Below are positions 8,589-18,184 of a stretch of 64,000 nt of DNA, one piece after another; position 1 is the first letter of the stretch, and every line of letters begins with the position of its first letter. The position numbers and the translations under genes are program-made. This DNA comes from a virus. The stretch is from the IMG/VR virus record IMGVR_UViG_3300030019_000030, one strand, 5' to 3'. The notes under the pieces were generated by a model, which worked only from the letters and a program-made list of their open reading frames with translations, made no database searches and was not told the DNA's origin.

Positions 8589-10217
8589 ATGACAGATTTT
8601 TATAAATTCGTAATTCCTGATCAAATGCACGAAAAGCTTACTGAAGCAGTCGTAGCTATGATGGCAACTGGTAATTTACCATACTATGGTGAGTTTGCTT
8701 TGTTCATCAATTTCTTTGAAAGTAAAAATAATCCTTATATTCCTACAGCAGGTGTGAATGTCACATCATCTGGTATGAATTTTTATTGGGATAGAAAATT
8801 CATTGATTCATTACCTCAGCCAGAAATAAACTTTCTTTTGATACACGAAGAATTTCACATTCTTTTTGATCATATCAAAAGAAGTGTAGGTTACAATTTA
8901 AAAGATGCTAATGTTGTACAGGATATGATCATCAATCAGATAATCTATGATGAAATAATGAAAAAACAAGGACTTGGAACAGGTTCTAAACCTTTCATTG
9001 GAATACCAAGAGATGAATTAGGAAATAATAGTGCTCTTATGGTACCAAAAGAGTACAAAGGAGAACAAATATTTGAAGATTTGTATGAATGGTATGTTAC
9101 AAAAAAAAGAGAGTGGCAAGAAAAGAATAAAGAAAATATTCAGAAAATGCAAAGCCAAGCCAACAAGTGTCCAAAATGTGGATCACCTATGACACCAAAT
9201 GATAATGGAGAGCCAAAAGATGGAGATGGAAATCAAGATGGAAAGGGCAAAAAATCAGAAAAAAAAGAAAAAGGTCAAGGTGAAGGACAAGGTGATGGTG
9301 ATCAAGGTGAAGGACAGGGTGAAGGACAAGGTGAAGGACAAGGCGAAGGTCAAGGTGAAGGTCAAGGTGATGGTACTCAAGGAGATGGCAAAAAATGTCC
9401 AAATTGTGGACATGAGCACAACAACAATCAATCTCGTCAAGGAAAAACGGATACATCTGGTAAAGATAGATATGGTAAATATGGCAAGAATGATGCAGAA
9501 TGCTACTCTCTTGAAACAATCTTTGAAGGAGAAGAACGTCAAGAACAAAATACTCTTGATGCGCACTTAGGAGATGATATTCCTCAAGAATTAAAAAGAG
9601 AAATCGTTGAAGGTATCATGACAAGACTTAAAAATCGTGGTTTGGAATCAGGAGATGTTGACGCCATTCTTAATAAACTTAGAAAATCTAAAAAAGATTA
9701 TTTAAAAGAGATTAAGAGAGCAATGAGTAGCCAAGTTTTTGGTGCAAGAAAAGAAAAGACAATTGTACGTCCTAATCGTAAAGGAATACCAGGAATGAAG
9801 GGGCACAAGAAATTCAAGAACGAAATTAATGTTCTTCTTGATACAAGTGGCTCAATGTCAGGAGAATTTGAAAAAGTTCTATCTTACATCTTTCAGAACG
9901 ATATACAAATTAATTTAATTCAGTGTGATGCTCAAATTCAAAAGGTTCTTCACATTAAAGATAAAAAAGAAATTGAAAAAATGAAGATATCTGGGCTCGG
10001 TGGCACAACTTTAAATCCAGGAATTGACTATATTGCTGATCCTCACAACAAACTAAGTACATTTAACACTGTAATTTTGACTGACGGTTATACTGATAGT
10101 TTGGATTTCAAAAAAGTAAAAACACGAACTTTAATATTATCAACTGCAGAAAAATGTCCTATATCATATGATAATGGTAAAGTAAAACAGATTGTAAATA
10201 TTGGAAAACAAGATTAA
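8589..10217 (+). CDS. DUF2201-like metallopeptidase/VWA domain protein
   Basis: HExxH (LIHEEFH) in the N-terminal domain; MIDAS DTSGS, GGT and LTDG in the C-terminal VWA domain; central GEGQ repeats. Confidence 0.85.
   Translation: MTDFYKFVIPDQMHEKLTEAVVAMMATGNLPYYGEFALFINFFESKNNPYIPTAGVNVTSSGMNFYWDRKFIDSLPQPEINFLLIHEEFHILFDHIKRSVGYNLKDANVVQDMIINQIIYDEIMKKQGLGTGSKPFIGIPRDELGNNSALMVPKEYKGEQIFEDLYEWYVTKKREWQEKNKENIQKMQSQANKCPKCGSPMTPNDNGEPKDGDGNQDGKGKKSEKKEKGQGEGQGDGDQGEGQGEGQGEGQGEGQGEGQGDGTQGDGKKCPNCGHEHNNNQSRQGKTDTSGKDRYGKYGKNDAECYSLETIFEGEERQEQNTLDAHLGDDIPQELKREIVEGIMTRLKNRGLESGDVDAILNKLRKSKKDYLKEIKRAMSSQVFGARKEKTIVRPNRKGIPGMKGHKKFKNEINVLLDTSGSMSGEFEKVLSYIFQNDIQINLIQCDAQIQKVLHIKDKKEIEKMKISGLGGTTLNPGIDYIADPHNKLSTFNTVILTDGYTDSLDFKKVKTRTLILSTAEKCPISYDNGKVKQIVNIGKQD
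9270..9385 (+). repeat. 12-bp tandem repeat encoding (GEGQ)n
   Basis: GAAGGACAAGGT / GAAGGTCAAGGT variants in tandem. Confidence 0.9.
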
Positions 10218-11020
10218 ATATTAAATTGAGTTTCTATTTTAATATTTTTAGTAGAATTTATATAATTTTTAGTTATACATAAATTAGAAATATCACCTAT
10301 TATATCAGGTGATATTTCTTTTTTAAATCCGTACCAAATAGATATTTTATGATCAATAGAAGGATAATTAACGTTGTGTCCATCAAGTGAAAAATTATTT
10401 TTTATATATTCATTATCATAATAATCTAAACCATTCCATTTCAATAATAACAATTTCTTATTTTTTTTAGTTATTCTATTAACTTTCCTTTTATATAGCA
10501 CAAAATCAGATATCATATAATCAGGTAATTGAATACCTAATTTTATTCTTGTATTTTTCATCTTATCAATAACTTCATCATTTTTACTTGCTCTATCAAA
10601 ACCATATTTTATTAAATTTGTTTCTTTAATTTTATTTTTAAATTTTTCTACTTGAAAAGTACAGCCATATCCATATTTTTCAATATTATTTTTATATCTT
10701 TTTTCTCTCATTTCAATAGACTGAAATGTATGTTCCACTCCATATTTTTCTTTATTAGTTTTTATATTCTTATTCATTGAACATTTTTTACAACAATAAT
10801 AATTGTGATGGGTTAAAGATTTTGTGTATGATCTCATTTTTATTTTATTTTCAAATCCGCAATCATCACATTTTGCTATAATTTCATAATTACTATTATC
10901 AGATAATTGTGTAGTCAAAACTTCAATTTGATAACCTACTTTAACATCATAACCACAATTTTTAAAATGATTAAAATTCTTAGAATTTATAATAATTAAT
11001 ATTTTTTCTTCAATTATCAT
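10214..11020 (-). CDS. HNH homing endonuclease-like protein with zinc ribbon and EKYG repeats
   Basis: CDDC...CKKC zinc ribbon; KEKYG/EKYG/IKYG repeats; C-terminal SIDHKIS...NL...N HNH-like motif; opposite strand to its neighbours. Confidence 0.7.
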   Translation of the reverse strand: MIIEEKILIIINSKNFNHFKNCGYDVKVGYQIEVLTTQLSDNSNYEIIAKCDDCGFENKIKMRSYTKSLTHHNYYCCKKCSMNKNIKTNKEKYGVEHTFQSIEMREKRYKNNIEKYGYGCTFQVEKFKNKIKETNLIKYGFDRASKNDEVIDKMKNTRIKLGIQLPDYMISDFVLYKRKVNRITKKNKKLLLLKWNGLDYYDNEYIKNNFSLDGHNVNYPSIDHKISIWYGFKKEISPDIIGDISNLCITKNYINSTKNIKIETQFNI

Positions 11021-11159
11021 TTTTAGATTTTATTTTTTCAAATTCTTTTTTAATTATTTTTTCAACCCAATCATTTAATTTGAGTGAATTTTCTTTTGCA
11101 TAAGTTTTTAACTCAGTGTGCAAATTTTCGTCTATTTTCATATTTTTCAATTTCTTCAT
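11010..11159 (-). CDS. 49-aa ribbon-helix-helix-like DNA-binding protein
   Basis: Not in ORF track; read manually as MKKLKNMKIDENLHTELKTYAKENSLKLNDWVEKIIKKEFEKIKSKNDN; overlaps the HNH start. Confidence 0.65.
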   Translation of the reverse strand: MKKLKNMKIDENLHTELKTYAKENSLKLNDWVEKIIKKEFEKIKSKNDN

Positions 11160-11230
11160 AATCTATATATAAATATAACAGTATCAAAAAAGATAAAAGT
11201 TTATCTTTTTTGAAAATAATTTAAATTTCT

Positions 11231-11261
11231 TTTGGTATATCAATTATTTTTATTACTTTTG
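11231..11261 (+). promoter_or_regulatory. Bacteroidota sigma70 promoter (-33/-7)
   Basis: Exact TTTG-N19-TACTTTTG. Confidence 0.8.
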
Positions 11262-11278
11262 TAATACAAAAAACAAAC

Positions 11279-11458
11279 ATGATTTATATAATAGCATATT
11301 TGATATTAGCATTATTATGGGCTATTTATTGTTCATTTAGAACCAGTAAAATGGGAAGATTAGGTAGAAATTTTATAAATTTATTTATTACTTTTATTAC
11401 AAATTTTTTAATTTTTCCTTATTCAGTTTATTACTCAATAAAAAACAAAAAAATATAA
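11279..11458 (+). CDS. 59-aa two-helix membrane protein
   Basis: Not in ORF track; MIYIIAYLILALLWAIYCSFRTSKMGRLGRNFINLFITFITNFLIFPYSVYYSIKNKKI, directly after the consensus promoter. Confidence 0.7.
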   Translation: MIYIIAYLILALLWAIYCSFRTSKMGRLGRNFINLFITFITNFLIFPYSVYYSIKNKKI

Positions 11459-11464
11459 AATAGT

Positions 11465-12619
11465 ATGACAAATAAAGAAAGATTATTATCATTATTTTCA
11501 GATGATGTAGAGTATAATTATCACATTGTACCTACAACTGAGCCAAATGGTAATCTGATTTATATGATTAGAAATGGAAAAGAATTAAATTTAGAAACAT
11601 TAGAATTTTCTACATTAAAAATAGCAGAAGAATTAGTCAATCAATGCTCAGTTAAAATTGAAAAATTTGCACCATCAATTTATTTTACTGATGAAAGTGA
11701 TATAAATGAATTATCAGGCAAATTAGATATTAAAATGTCTAAAAATTCAGATTTTTCAATTTTCATTGATAGTATAAAAGATGAATATAGAATATTAGAA
11801 GTAACTGATTCACTTTTATATAAGAAAGATCCTGAAGCTTATCAAGAAGCTAAACAAAAAGAACATATTGTTCATCAGAAAGAGTTGTGGGATGAATACG
11901 CTAAGCAAATAGAGAGTAAAACTAAAAGCAGAGAAGATGCATTGAAAGTATATCAAAATGACTTAATTAATCTTTTAAAAGAGTATTTTGAAGGAGTAAT
12001 AGAATACGAAAAACATGATTTTTTATTTGATATTGAATTTCAAAAAATAATTGGAAATTTAGTAAATCCTGAAACATGGATAAAAATAAATGAAATACCA
12101 TATGTTTGTAGGATTGATGTATTATCTATTGAAAAAGATAGAATTGAAGTATATTTAACAGATAATAATGATTATTCATATACTGCAACATTAAGATTTC
12201 AAGATACTATGATTGAAACTGAAAATGTAGTAAAAATTGAAAATGGTGATATCGTTCCAAACATATTACCAGATTATGAAATATTGTCAATATTATATGA
12301 CATTAACTTAACATCAATAAAAGATTGGGAATTTAAGAATGAAACAGAAAAATTTGAATATGTAATTGACTATTTAGTTCCTATTTTTAAAGAAGCAAAA
12401 GAAGCAAAAACTAAAGAATTTTTAAAAACATTATCTGACTCTGAAAGTTCTGAAAATAAAGAAGAAGTAAATGAATTATTAGAAAATCCACTTAATGCAT
12501 TTAAATCAAATGATACGACAGAAGAACAATCTGATGATAGTAATAATGAGATAGAATCATTAACAACAAAAATAAATGAAGAAGATATTGACAATGATGA
12601 ATATGAAAGTATTCTATAA
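11465..12619 (+). CDS. Hypothetical acidic protein
   Basis: Long ORF, no recognised motif. Confidence 0.75.
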   Translation: MTNKERLLSLFSDDVEYNYHIVPTTEPNGNLIYMIRNGKELNLETLEFSTLKIAEELVNQCSVKIEKFAPSIYFTDESDINELSGKLDIKMSKNSDFSIFIDSIKDEYRILEVTDSLLYKKDPEAYQEAKQKEHIVHQKELWDEYAKQIESKTKSREDALKVYQNDLINLLKEYFEGVIEYEKHDFLFDIEFQKIIGNLVNPETWIKINEIPYVCRIDVLSIEKDRIEVYLTDNNDYSYTATLRFQDTMIETENVVKIENGDIVPNILPDYEILSILYDINLTSIKDWEFKNETEKFEYVIDYLVPIFKEAKEAKTKEFLKTLSDSESSENKEEVNELLENPLNAFKSNDTTEEQSDDSNNEIESLTTKINEEDIDNDEYESIL

Positions 12620-12658
12620 AAAAATACAATAATATTTTTTTATATCAATAATAAGTAG

Positions 12659-12666
12659 TATCTTTG
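12659..12666 (+). promoter_or_regulatory. Bacteroidota -7 element TATCTTTG
   Basis: TAnnTTTG upstream of the AAA ATPase gene. Confidence 0.55.
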
Positions 12667-12732
12667 CAGTGTATTAAAAATATAAAATATCAATTAAACA
12701 AAACATTAATAAAACAGTAAATTGAATTAATT

Positions 12733-14004
12733 ATGTCAGAAAAAAACTTGAGTAAAGGTGTGACAATGACGTCAGCAAAAAGATTTCCAGAAGGCTACGA
12801 AGCTCTATCAGATAGAGAAAAAAAGTATTTTAAGATGATGAATTCCAAAAGTGGAGTTCTATTTATAACATCTGCTCCTGGATACGCGAAATCAGCAATC
12901 ATGAGATCCATTGCTGGAAAAATTGGTTATCAATATTTTGATATTCGGTTATCAATGATTGATGAAACAGATGTTGGTTTATATCCATCATTAGATGAAG
13001 AAACAATTGATGGAGTATCTCAAAGGATGTTGGCTCACGTTGCACCTAAGTGGGCATATAAGGCTAATGACAAACCTACAATTATTCACTTTGAAGAATT
13101 GAACCGTTCCACTCTTGCAGTACGAAATGCAGCTCTTCAAATTTTACTTGAAAGAGAAATTGGAGCATTTTTCGCATTCAATTCAAATGTTCTTATGTGT
13201 TCTTCTGGTAATCTTGGTGAAGAAGATGGTACAGATGTAGAAGAATTTGACCAAGCTCTGAACAATCGTTTAATTCACATTGAACACACAATGCCATTTC
13301 CTGAATGGGTTGATCAATATGCTAATAAAAATGTAGCACCAGTAATCGTTCAATTTTTGAAAACTCACACTGAACATTATTACAAGAAACCTGATCAAAG
13401 GAACACAACCAACAAAACGAGCAAAGCTTATGCAACTCCTCGTTCTTGGACATTTTTAAGTGATTACATTTTTGAAAATCATGGTGAATGGATCGAAAAA
13501 ACTGGTATTGATGGAACTACAATCAAAGACAGTGAAGGAAATGCAGTAATGATTAAGAAATTTCCAAATATCCGTACTTGGATCAGTGAAGTAAAAGAAA
13601 TTGGACATGGTTATATTGGAGCATCAAACGCACCATTTATCAGATATTGTGAAGATACTCTTAAAATTACACTTGATGATGTTCTTGATCGTTTTGACGA
13701 CATTCTTGAAGATGTAAAAAACTTCAATCGTGATAAGAAATCTGAACTTCTTGCAAACATGAAGGAACGTAGTGTTTCAGTATTGAAACCTAAACAACTT
13801 GAAAATCTTGTTAAATTCCTTGGTACAATTTCAGATGATGAAGTTATTGGTTATTTACTTCATGTTCTTGATACTGAATATACATTATCTGAAGATTCTA
13901 AACCTAACAAAACTACTGAAAAGTTCTTAGCAGATAAGAGGTTTAATAAATTCAGAGACACTATCTTCAAACATGTTGATGATGATGAAGATAACAAAAA
14001 ATAA
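12733..14004 (+). CDS. MoxR/dynein-related AAA+ ATPase
   Basis: SAPGYAKS (Walker A variant), IHFEELNRS (Walker B variant), SSGN, ALNNRL, ATPRSW; near the VWA gene. Confidence 0.85.
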   Translation: MSEKNLSKGVTMTSAKRFPEGYEALSDREKKYFKMMNSKSGVLFITSAPGYAKSAIMRSIAGKIGYQYFDIRLSMIDETDVGLYPSLDEETIDGVSQRMLAHVAPKWAYKANDKPTIIHFEELNRSTLAVRNAALQILLEREIGAFFAFNSNVLMCSSGNLGEEDGTDVEEFDQALNNRLIHIEHTMPFPEWVDQYANKNVAPVIVQFLKTHTEHYYKKPDQRNTTNKTSKAYATPRSWTFLSDYIFENHGEWIEKTGIDGTTIKDSEGNAVMIKKFPNIRTWISEVKEIGHGYIGASNAPFIRYCEDTLKITLDDVLDRFDDILEDVKNFNRDKKSELLANMKERSVSVLKPKQLENLVKFLGTISDDEVIGYLLHVLDTEYTLSEDSKPNKTTEKFLADKRFNKFRDTIFKHVDDDEDNKK

Positions 14005-14027
14005 TAATAAACATTATTATTAAACAC

Positions 14028-14060
14028 AAAAAAGCTACTAATTTAATTAGTAGCTTTTTT
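14028..14060. terminator. Bidirectional intrinsic terminator
   Basis: Hairpin AAAAAAGCTACTAA...TTAGTAGCTTTTTT between convergent genes. Confidence 0.85.
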
Positions 14061-14066
14061 ATATCT

Positions 14067-14783
14067 TTATGATTTAGAAAACTCTAAAACACCCTCTTGA
14101 TTTGTTTTTTCTGTATTACTTAAATCATCAAATGATTTGCATTTTATATGATCAACATAAATTGAATTATTAAAATAATTATAAGTAATATCTTCTAACA
14201 TATATTTATCTTTACACGATGTATAGTATTCATCCTGACTATTATACTTACAAAAAAAATATTTTAGTACATTCACTCTACCAGAAAAAAATCCAGTACA
14301 ATAAGCAGGAGTATCAAATCCTCTATCATAATACTCATAAAATATAGCATCAGTATGTAACTCAGAATCTAATATATTTTCGTTATCGATTAACTCTTCA
14401 TTGCTTATTTGATAATCATAATTTATAATATGAACATTTTCATAACCTCTATCTTTAGCAAATCTCATTCCATTATTAATTAGAGTATATGCTGCAAAAC
14501 CATGTTCATAATCGAATAACTTATAGATTCTCTCTCCATTATCATCCAAACACCAGTAATAATAAGTAATATTATACTTACCATAATCTTCTTTATACAA
14601 TAATGGATTATTACTATCATATAAAGAATATTTACACATTAGTTGAATATCAGAATCAATTGGATAATTAGATGATATAAGAACATCATAATCAATAGAT
14701 TCTACACATTTTTTAAGAAGTTCCTTTCTAAATATTGTATCAGCATGAGAAAGAACAATTGCTAATGTTTTATTATTTTTCAT
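14067..14783 (-). CDS. Possible glycosyltransferase-like protein
   Basis: AIVLSHA start, EHGFAAY..INNGMRFAK and HIINYDY (DxD-like) pattern reminiscent of GT-A folds. Confidence 0.4.
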   Translation of the reverse strand: MKNNKTLAIVLSHADTIFRKELLKKCVESIDYDVLISSNYPIDSDIQLMCKYSLYDSNNPLLYKEDYGKYNITYYYWCLDDNGERIYKLFDYEHGFAAYTLINNGMRFAKDRGYENVHIINYDYQISNEELIDNENILDSELHTDAIFYEYYDRGFDTPAYCTGFFSGRVNVLKYFFCKYNSQDEYYTSCKDKYMLEDITYNYFNNSIYVDHIKCKSFDDLSNTEKTNQEGVLEFSKS

Positions 14784-14873
14784 TTTTATTATTTTATTTT
14801 ATTATCAAATTTTAAAAATAACTTCACACAAATATTATTTATGTGAAGTTATTCTTAACTATTTGATTATCAA

Positions 14874-17432
14874 CTATTCACATTTTGACCATCCACAAGC
14901 CTTACATGTTTTGCAACCATTTTCATATACTAAATCATCTCCTGTTGCTCCACAATTAGGACATTTTTCTCCAATAATTGCAGAATTGATATATTTCTTA
15001 ATAATTCTTTTTACTCCACTCTTCCATGTTCCAAATGCAGCATTATCTGTCATTTCTAATGTATCAATAAGGTGAATGACACTTGGTAAGTGAATTCTAT
15101 GTCTCAAGAAAGCAGATAATAATTTACTTGTATTCCATAATTCTCTATTAAATGCTCTGTTCAAGCCTTCCATAGTTACATTATATCCATCTTTATCTTT
15201 ATAAACAAAGTCATATCTACTTTTACCTTCTTCACCATTTTTTGACTCTAATTTAATTCTAACAATCTCTCCTTTTTCGACACTAATAGGAATAAGAAAT
15301 GCTTCAGCTACACCAGTAAATAATTCGTATGGATATTTTTCACTTTTATCATCTACGTCCAATCCTAAGAATCCAATCCATTTTTCACCTTTATTTGTGA
15401 ATCTAACAACATCGCATTCTAATTTTTTTGGACGTTTTCTTGCATTATTTTCTCCGGATTCTGATACTACATTTTTAGTAGTACCTTCATTTGACATAAT
15501 AACACCTTCTCTTGATCCATCACGATAAACTGTGATACCTTTACAGCCACTTCTCCATCCTGTTTCATAAACTTTTGATACAATTTCTTCTGTTACATTA
15601 TTTGGTAGATTAACTGTAACTGAAATAGAATGATCAACAAATTTCTGAATACTACCTTGCATCTTAACTTTTTCAACCCAATTTACATCATTAGCTGTTG
15701 CTTTATTGTATGGAGATTTTTCAATAATTGGTTTCAACTCTGAATCTTTCATCAATTTAACTTTTGCTACATCGTAACCATTAATTTCCAGCCACACTTC
15801 AAATTTCTTATGAAATACATAATATTCTTCCCATTTTTGTCCTTCTGCATCAATAAAGTCTACACTAGCATTTTTATCACTTGGGTTTATCTTCCTTCTT
15901 CTCTTATATGACACTTTATATGCTGGCTCTATACCTGATGTAGTTTGAGTCAAGATTGAAACTGAGCCTGTTGGTGCAATCGTGAGCAGTGCGATATTTC
16001 TTCTACCATATTCTTTAAGCATTGAATCTAATTCAGGATCAACATCTTTCAATCTTTGAATGAATGGATTATTAATCTCACTATCATAATCGTAGATTGG
16101 AAAAGCCCCTCTTTCTTTTGCCATTATAGAAGATGATTTATATGCTCCTATAGCTAATTTTTTATGAACTTCTGTTGAAAAATCTGTTGCATCTGATGTA
16201 CCATAAATCAATCCAAGTGCAGCTAGCATATCTCCTTCTGCTGTCACTCCTAATCCTGTTCTACGACCTTTAATAGTCATATTTTGAATTTTAATCCAAG
16301 TTTCTCTTTCTACTCTTTTAGTATGATCAGTTTCTGGATCAATTTCAATTTTTTCTAAAATTTTATCAATTTTTTCTAGTTCCAAATCAACAATATCATC
16401 CATAAATCTTTCTGCATAAATGGTATGTTCGTTAAATAAATCCCAATCAAAATATGCTTCTGGAGTAAAAGGATTTACCACATAACTATATAGATTAATA
16501 GCAAGTAATCTACAACTATCATATGGACACAAAGTTATTTCTCCACAAGGATTTGTTGAAACTGTTTTAAATCCATGTTGTTGATAACAATCTGGAACAG
16601 ATTCTCTCATAACAGTATCCCAGAATAAAATACCAGGTTCTGCTGATTTCCATGCATTGTGAATAATTTTCTTCCAAAGTTTATTTGCATCTATTTGTTT
16701 TGTAATTATTGGATTTTTTGAATCAATTGGAAACAATTGAGTAAACATACCAGAATTTATTGATGCTGTCATAAATTCATCTGTCAATTTAATTGATATA
16801 TTTGCTCCAGTAACTTTTCCTTGTTCCAATTTAGCATCTATAAATGCTTCTGAATCAGGATGAAGAACAGAACACGATAACATCAATGCACCTCGTCTTC
16901 CTCCTTGTGCAACTTCATTTGTGGAATTTGAATATCTACTCATAAATGGAACCAGTCCAGTAGAAGTCAAAGCGGAATTTTTTACTGGCATTCCTGCTGG
17001 CCTAATATGAGAAAGATCATGTCCAACTCCTCCACGTCTTTTCATTAATTGTATTTGTTCTTCATCAACTTGCATAATTGATCCGTAAGAATCAGCAGGA
17101 TTTCCAATAACAAAGCAATTTGATATCGACACAACTTGATTATCATTACCAATTCCTGACATTGGAGAACCTTGTGGTATAATATATTTAAAATCTTTTA
17201 TTAAATCAAATATAAAATCTTCAGATAATGGATTTTTATATTTTAGTTCTATTCTATGTAACTCTTTTGAGAGTCTTCTGTGCATATCATCAGGTGTCAA
17301 TTCATAATAAACAGTATCATTATCAACTGTATCTTTTAACGCATACTTATTTACCCAAACATCAGAGGCTAATGTATCACCTTTGAAATATTTTAATGAT
17401 GCATCAAATGCGTCTTCCCTTTTAAAATTCAT
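14874..17432 (-). CDS. nrdJ: Adenosylcobalamin-dependent class II ribonucleotide reductase
   Basis: PQGSPM, SNCFV, RRGGVG, TNPCGEI, TIAPTGS, KGITVYRDGSR, C-terminal CPNC...CKACGWSKC; no beta-subunit gene nearby. Confidence 0.92.
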   Translation of the reverse strand: MNFKREDAFDASLKYFKGDTLASDVWVNKYALKDTVDNDTVYYELTPDDMHRRLSKELHRIELKYKNPLSEDFIFDLIKDFKYIIPQGSPMSGIGNDNQVVSISNCFVIGNPADSYGSIMQVDEEQIQLMKRRGGVGHDLSHIRPAGMPVKNSALTSTGLVPFMSRYSNSTNEVAQGGRRGALMLSCSVLHPDSEAFIDAKLEQGKVTGANISIKLTDEFMTASINSGMFTQLFPIDSKNPIITKQIDANKLWKKIIHNAWKSAEPGILFWDTVMRESVPDCYQQHGFKTVSTNPCGEITLCPYDSCRLLAINLYSYVVNPFTPEAYFDWDLFNEHTIYAERFMDDIVDLELEKIDKILEKIEIDPETDHTKRVERETWIKIQNMTIKGRRTGLGVTAEGDMLAALGLIYGTSDATDFSTEVHKKLAIGAYKSSSIMAKERGAFPIYDYDSEINNPFIQRLKDVDPELDSMLKEYGRRNIALLTIAPTGSVSILTQTTSGIEPAYKVSYKRRRKINPSDKNASVDFIDAEGQKWEEYYVFHKKFEVWLEINGYDVAKVKLMKDSELKPIIEKSPYNKATANDVNWVEKVKMQGSIQKFVDHSISVTVNLPNNVTEEIVSKVYETGWRSGCKGITVYRDGSREGVIMSNEGTTKNVVSESGENNARKRPKKLECDVVRFTNKGEKWIGFLGLDVDDKSEKYPYELFTGVAEAFLIPISVEKGEIVRIKLESKNGEEGKSRYDFVYKDKDGYNVTMEGLNRAFNRELWNTSKLLSAFLRHRIHLPSVIHLIDTLEMTDNAAFGTWKSGVKRIIKKYINSAIIGEKCPNCGATGDDLVYENGCKTCKACGWSKCE

Positions 17433-17455
17433 GTTATTTCTATTTTTTGTTTTTA

Positions 17456-18163
17456 TTATATAAAATTTATATTATTTAGGCTTGTTAAATACCCACGTTG
17501 TTTTAGTTCTACTATTATGTGTGTTGCATATTCTTTGTCTAACAACTTAAACATGTTAAATATATTATCAGTGAAATAATAAGATAATTCAACGAATATT
17601 TCAGACTTACTATATTCTTTTCCGATATTATTCAATAACATTCTATAATAGTCATTAAATGCCTGTTTGTTTGGTTTTCTTCTATTTGAGGAAAAATCTA
17701 AATCTGTTTTATCACTTAGCAAATCATAAATATCTCTTTGAAGATTTAATCTATCTATGTAATCTTCATAGTGTTTACTTTCAAATTCATAAGATGATCC
17801 TGCTTCTATTGGCAATCCATCATTCAGATTAAAATCTTCTTGCTGATTAATATTATAATCATATTCTTGCTGATCACCACTATCTTCTACTTTACCTTTA
17901 AATATAGTATCTCTTGATAACGCATGTTTACCTTCAAGTTTATGATTATTAGTATTAAATTTAACCATAATATCTATTTCATCTTCTTCATCTTCTTCTT
18001 CTTCTTCAATAGATGTATCATCAGTAACTGAACTATCATCATCTGACGAAATATCTAAATTTTCATCTAATAGATTCAGATCATCTTCTAGTTCTTCTAT
18101 TTCTTCTGATTCATTATTTAAATCATCATTTAAATAATCATCAATTTCTTCATTATTTTTCAT
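17456..18163 (-). CDS. Hypothetical protein with acidic N-terminus
   Basis: ORF in the replication operon with an Asp/Glu-rich first third. Confidence 0.75.
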   Translation of the reverse strand: MKNNEEIDDYLNDDLNNESEEIEELEDDLNLLDENLDISSDDDSSVTDDTSIEEEEEDEEDEIDIMVKFNTNNHKLEGKHALSRDTIFKGKVEDSGDQQEYDYNINQQEDFNLNDGLPIEAGSSYEFESKHYEDYIDRLNLQRDIYDLLSDKTDLDFSSNRRKPNKQAFNDYYRMLLNNIGKEYSKSEIFVELSYYFTDNIFNMFKLLDKEYATHIIVELKQRGYLTSLNNINFI

Positions 18164-18184
18164 TTATTATTAATATTATTAGTT

